This document shows, one piece after another, positions 58,871 through 64,000 of a stretch of DNA of 64,000 nt. Position numbers and translations under genes: made by a program. The first letter of the stretch is position 1; each line of letters begins with the position of its first letter. The stretch lies in assembly GCF_964188315.1 (NCBI RefSeq), contig NC_135655.1, forward strand, positions 64,108,001 through 64,172,000. Direction: 5' to 3'. The notes under the pieces are model-generated. The model was not told the DNA's origin and made no database searches. It saw only the letters and a program-made list of their open reading frames with translations. This stretch comes from Podarcis muralis (lineage: Eukaryota).

Positions 58871-60385
58871 TTTAACCTCTGCTCAGCCATGAAGCTCATT
58901 TAGTGTTCGTAGCCAAATGCTATCAGCCTAGCCTGTCTTCCAGTGAGAATGCATCTCCAGCCAAGAATTTCACTAAGATTGCAGTCATTATTCCACTTAC
59001 CTAGGAGTAACTCCCCAGTGAATTCAGAAGGACCTCTTTTGAGTAGACTTGGAGGGAGGACTCAGGAAAGTGACCCCCTCCTTGACAAGTAATACCACAT
59101 TCTTGGGGGTGGGCACTGGCTCCACAGGTTCATCTGATAGCAGCACTTCTGGGGCTGGTCCTGCATGTCCTTCGCCTTCAGTTTTAGAGTCCTCATCTCT
59201 GTCATCCTGTGAAAATGAATCTGACTCCTGGTCCCAGACATTAGTCACCAGGTCTTAGTGGCCATGGAAGAGATATTTTTCGTTCATTTTAGCTTATTCA
59301 TCAAAATCCATTTTAAATCGCCTTCTCCTTTTTTCAGCTCCTTCAAATCCATGGTTTTATTTTCCTTTCTTTCATTTGCCTAGATCAAACTTTGGCCCAG
59401 TTCAGATATAACAAGCTATGCTTTAGTGTTTTGTGAAGAAACTGCACAAATAAACAGTACCCTCTTCTACTTAGTGCATGTGTGAAGGAGACTGAAAGCA
59501 GTGAAACTCTGAACTAACCACCATTTCCGGTTACATCGAAACTTGGGAAACTATTATTTATTCTAACAGTGTTTAATGTAAACAATCCAGGATCAAACAG
59601 TGGCTCTAATCCTCATTTGTTTGAACCAACCACCATTGAAAGACACAAGAGTTTCCCAACTATGAATGTAATTGTAAAGTCTAGTTTATTTAAAAATTAA
59701 AGCTTTCAGTCCCCTTGTGCATGGAAGAGCAGCTGAGGGGGAGTACAGGAAACCAGTACAGTACAGTACAGTACAGACTTAATGTGGTCCATTTTTATAA
59801 CTCTTAACCGGTGTGGGCCTTTATTATTTTGAATGCTGTTGTATTAGCTACCATTGGTTTTTTCCACACTATTTAAAATACTCTTTCAGAAATATTATAA
59901 TCTGTTAAACCTCTGTGCTGAATGACTATCATAGTGGTTTAAAATCATGTTAACAGTCTTTAATTATTATTATTTTAACTAGGATGCTTGTATGATTAAG
60001 GATTTGAGGTGACTGAAGCAAAATGGTGTTTTGTTTTGTTTTAGTTTCCTGAATTTGATAATGTTGTGATTGTTATTTCCACCTCTAGTTTTCTGCAAGC
60101 TATGGGAAGCATTTACTTACAATTGATATAATTGTAAGGAATAATTGTTTAAGGTGTTGTTGTTTTACATTCTGGAGATGCTACCAATAATGCTTCCAAA
60201 TGGAAGCTTGGTAATATCCTTAGTTTTAACAGCAGACAGACAAAGCAGCTAGTTGAAGGTAGTGAGAATTGGTGTGTGAAAGAGGAGGGAAAGAAAGTGT
60301 GGCCCTGCATCCTATTCCCAATTCCTCTAATCCTCAGAAACATTACCTCTGCATGGGTCCTCATTTTTAAAACTTAAAGCATTTA

Positions 60386-60608
60386 TAGGGTTGCCATATT
60401 TCAAACAGTGAAAATCCAGACAGAAAAGTTGTTAAGCTTTTTTGGGCAAAAAAATGCAAAAAGAAATAAATGCTAATTTTATGCAAAAACGGCACTGCCA
60501 ACGTGGGCTGCAGTGCGTCTGGATTTTTCCTATTTCCGCACGGACACTGCTGCCGACTGCAGTATTCCAGGAATATGTCTGGAAAAATCCAGATGTATGG
60601 CAACCCTA
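60386..60608. mobile_element. hAT (Tip100-like) MITE, TAGGGTTGCCA TIR
   Basis: Perfect TIRs tagggttgccata / tatggcaacccta. No clean 8-bp TSD. Confidence 0.72.
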
Positions 60609-60867
60609 ATTTGGTAAGCATTTTCTGGAAGAGCAGACAGACTTGACTTATGTGTGTTTAACTAATGCTCAGGGTTTTTCTATTCATCCACTGTAGTCTA
60701 ACTTTTATGGTAGCCAGAGTTTATCAGATTCAGTTATGTAACATTTTGAAAGCATGCAAGGAATGAAGCAAGTTCTGCTATTACCAATCAAACTTATATT
60801 ATCAACTAAAATGAAATTTTCTTCTTGCCTCCCCCCCCCCCCGAAAAAAAGAGCTACGGAGCCTATA

Positions 60868-61109
60868 CAGTGGTACCTCTGGTTAAGTACTTAATTCGTT
60901 CCGGAGGTCCATACTTAACCTGAAACTGTTCTTAACCTGAAGCTCCACTTTAGCTAATGGGGCCTCCTGCTGCCGCCGCGCCGCCGGAACCTGATTTCTG
61001 TTCTTATCCTGAAGCAAAGTTCTTAACCTGAAGCACTATTTCTCGGTTAGCAGAGTGTGTAACCTGAAGTGTATGTAACCTGAAGCGTATGTACCCCGAG
61101 GTACCACTG
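60868..61109. mobile_element. 242-bp Tigger-type MITE
   Basis: TA|CAGTGGTACCTC ... GAGGTACCACTG|TA with repeated taacctgaa(g) motifs. Confidence 0.9.
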
Positions 61110-63378
61110 TATATAGTTCAGATCACTTTGTGCAACCCTTCTAGCACTAGAGAGCAAATCATCCCCACATTATTCATAAATATAGGTATTGTAGCTTAGC
61201 ACATTTTAAATCTGGATAGTGCTGCATAATGCACATTTTCAAAGAAGTTCTTTAATATTCTGACAAAGATGGACATAGTAGAAGCAGTGTCCATGACCAG
61301 CCACCTTTGTAAAGAAGAATGAGGCCATCTCAAGTTACAGGGATTTTGGATGCCATAAAAGTTAGACTACAGTGAATGAATAGGTTAAAATCTGAGTATT
61401 AGGCAAACACCTGAGTTTGCTGTGAGCATATATGATGGTAACCTTAACTCACTTTCTGATATTTTATGTGCATGCAAAAGTATGCCATCTGTCTTCAGCC
61501 TTCTATTCCTTAATGTCAAACCGTTTCCCCCAAGTGGTTTAAATTTCAGAGGGACATTTACATTTGCGCTAAATGTATATGTGCTTTAAATATCCAACAT
61601 CATTTTGAAAATGAACATTTGTGAATATAGAGCCTTTATTTAAAAAATTATCCATACATGGGTGTGTTTGGTTTTTCACTGAATAAATCCCTGCGTGTTG
61701 TTCTTATTGTGCTAATGCTCTTTATTCTATTTTACTCATACTGTGTCATTGAGATTCTCCTGATCTATCTAGGAGAATAGTGAAAGAGTAGAATAACGGG
61801 ATTGTCCTTTCATATATATTATATTATATACTAAAAATTTTAGTAGTTTAAACATAGAAAATAATAGATTTGACTTAGACCACTTACTCAAAGTCAGTTA
61901 GAAGTCATTTTTTTATTATGCTTTTCGTATTGGATCAGATTGTTATAAAATGTGTGATCTTTGCTGCATATTTTGTTGTTTCTTCAGCTTGTAAACCACC
62001 TTGTGTGTAGCAATATAGAAATCTGGTATGCAACATAAAGTGAAATGAAATGAAATAATAAAAAATGATATCTTCATGTTCAGAACCCAGCTACTGTTCC
62101 TCATTTATCATTTAGCTGTTAGAATTTTTGTAGTTAATACAAAGATTTGAATTTAGATTCTGTTGGCTTCAGTTGGTTTAAATAAATAAAAAAGCATAGG
62201 ACCAAGTCTCATTTGAAGAAATTAACTATACAATCACTTGTTTATATTAATTAAAAATAGGGCTTGACTTTGTCCAGGAAAATATATTCCTATTTTTTTT
62301 TAATTGTTGTTACTATACATAAAATACTTTGAAGTAGTTCCTTTCCTAATTGCCTTTTTTCCAATGTCCTAAGTTTAACAACACTTATTTATGTATCTTT
62401 GAAAAATTACTATATAAATATCACTTCAAACAGGAATCAATTTAGACTCATACACTTTTTAATGTGTTCTTAATCATAGCAGCAACAAAACTGCAAATGA
62501 TTATTAGAACATAATAGATAATATTTAAAATTCTTTTTTTTAAAAAAATGAAAGGATCAAAGAAGTTCATTTAAGAGGGATTTCACATACAGCATGAATT
62601 ATGTCACTAAATAATAGCACAGTAGTACTTCTCCAGCATTGTAAAATAGCTTAGAGAGAAGTATGATGCCTGTAGTTAGTGTAATGCATTGGTAATTAAG
62701 AGGGTGTAAGGTTAAGCTTCATTAACTGTTGTAGGACTGTGGCTTGGGTTTTATTATGCCCTAGAGAACAGAAGAAGAGAGAGAGGTCAAACTATTAGAA
62801 CCTGATTTTGTTTAGTGCATCTGCCAAAGTAGGCAGAACAATGTAGCAGTTGACATAAGGAACAGAAATTCCTAACAGATATGAGGAAGATGCATTCTGA
62901 TGTAGAAAAGCAAGATATTTAGTTGTACTGGAGAAGAAACCATTCCTGTGAAGGGAAGCTGTGAAAGCACATATCATTTTAACTACATTAAACTATCTCT
63001 CCCTCTCCTTTCCCCTGTTCCTTTTGTTTACAAATCTCCCATAAAACCAGTTAATGTGAGGAAATCAGGGTTTTTAAAGTATTAAAATCAAATGGGATGG
63101 TCTTTCTAGTGTAGGTGCAGTGCCTGCATGCAGGTTAAAATCTGTTTCTCCCTTCTCTCACATGGGATGAGTCAGGCTGCAGGAGTATGATGGGCTGGTA
63201 TGGAGAACAGATTTCCCCACACCTCCCATCCAGTAGCCCTGACATGCTTACACTCCAGTGGTTTTGAAAAATACGTACTGCCGTCCTGTCCCCTACACTA
63301 TTCCAGTGCATTATTTGTTTCTGTGTACATGAACCTGGGAGTGAAGAGGAGGGAGGCATCAAGTCCTCTGGACTGTCA

Positions 63379-63510
63379 CAGCCTTTCTCAACCTGTGGGT
63401 CCCCAGATGTTGTTGAACTACAACTCTCATCACCCCTAGCTAGCAAGGCCAGAGCTCAGGGATGATGGGAGTTGTAGTCCAACAACATCTAGGGATGTTG
63501 AGAACCGCTG
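63379..63510. mobile_element. palindromic hAT MITE, same subfamily as 3719-3856
   Basis: The shared core cccctagctagcaaggccagagctcagggatgatgggagttgtagtccaacaacat. There is a small deletion near the right end and no TSD match. Confidence 0.8.
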
Positions 63511-64000
63511 GTAGAGCATGCTTACGTCTGTACACATGCAATTGTTAGTGAGGAGGAGGGAGAATCAGGGCTCTCTTGAGCTCTGAGGATCCTTGTGTGT
63601 GTGTGTGGGCACCGTGAATCATTTTTATAACAACAACCTAATTGAATAGATTTACCTATCATTAAATAGCTATTAGATACTTTGAAGAGTCTCTTAAAGT
63701 TACTTGTTGATTTTCCGGATACAAGAGGGAAACATTTTGTAAATTTTGTCCAAACATTTTACCTTACCAATGTAGAGATTTAGGTTTATTTGTTTGTTGT
63801 TGTTTTTAAATCCTTTCAAAATTCAAGGTACTGTGAGTAGTCATTTATTTATTACACTGAAGCCCCACACTTCCTACAAGTTGCTCAGGGTGGTATATAT
63901 ACATTATCCCCTCCAGGACCCCATTTTGAAGTAGGGGGATTGGCCCAAGTGCACCAGTGAGCTACATAGCTGAGTGAAGTTTTAAGCATGAATCTGTCCG

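Noticed and set aside
59024-59258. Acidic 74-aa ORF (DQESDSFSQDDRDEDS)
   Set aside because: No splice context or recognisable homology. It may be decayed repeat sequence, and I cannot support a call.
55402-64000. Search for ELP4 exon 4 (ELPAPL...)
   Set aside because: No matching exon found by eye, so it probably lies beyond the window.

Overview
Vertebrate genomic DNA, almost certainly a squamate and probably a lacertid lizard (inferred from Sauria SINEs, Bov-B, CR1, L2 and Penelope-like repeats). The window covers the DNAJC24 (+) / IMMP1L (-) / ELP4 (+) block that lies next to PAX6 in other vertebrates. I reconstructed exons by hand from GT-AG boundaries and recalled orthologous protein sequences: the last two DNAJC24 exons (3556-3624, 5123-5247), the complete 5-exon IMMP1L CDS (501 nt, 166 aa, catalytic Ser/Lys intact) plus a likely non-coding exon 1, and ELP4 exons 1-3 driven from a compact CpG-island bidirectional promoter shared with IMMP1L. 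Nearly all other ORFs in the track are spurious or transposon-derived. The most unusual content is a pogo-family (Passer/POGK-like, DD35D) DNA transposon system. An uninterrupted transposase ORF sits in sense orientation inside a DNAJC24 intron, and three differently built, hairpin- or repeat-rich MITEs carry the same TIRs and TA target duplications. I see no evidence for a wholly new gene system. The candidates worth testing are a DnaJ-transposase fusion or intronic polyadenylation, the MITE family, a possible DNAJC24/IMMP1L 3' overlap and several cryptic exons. Repeat family names come from pattern recognition, not database searches. There are three N gaps.
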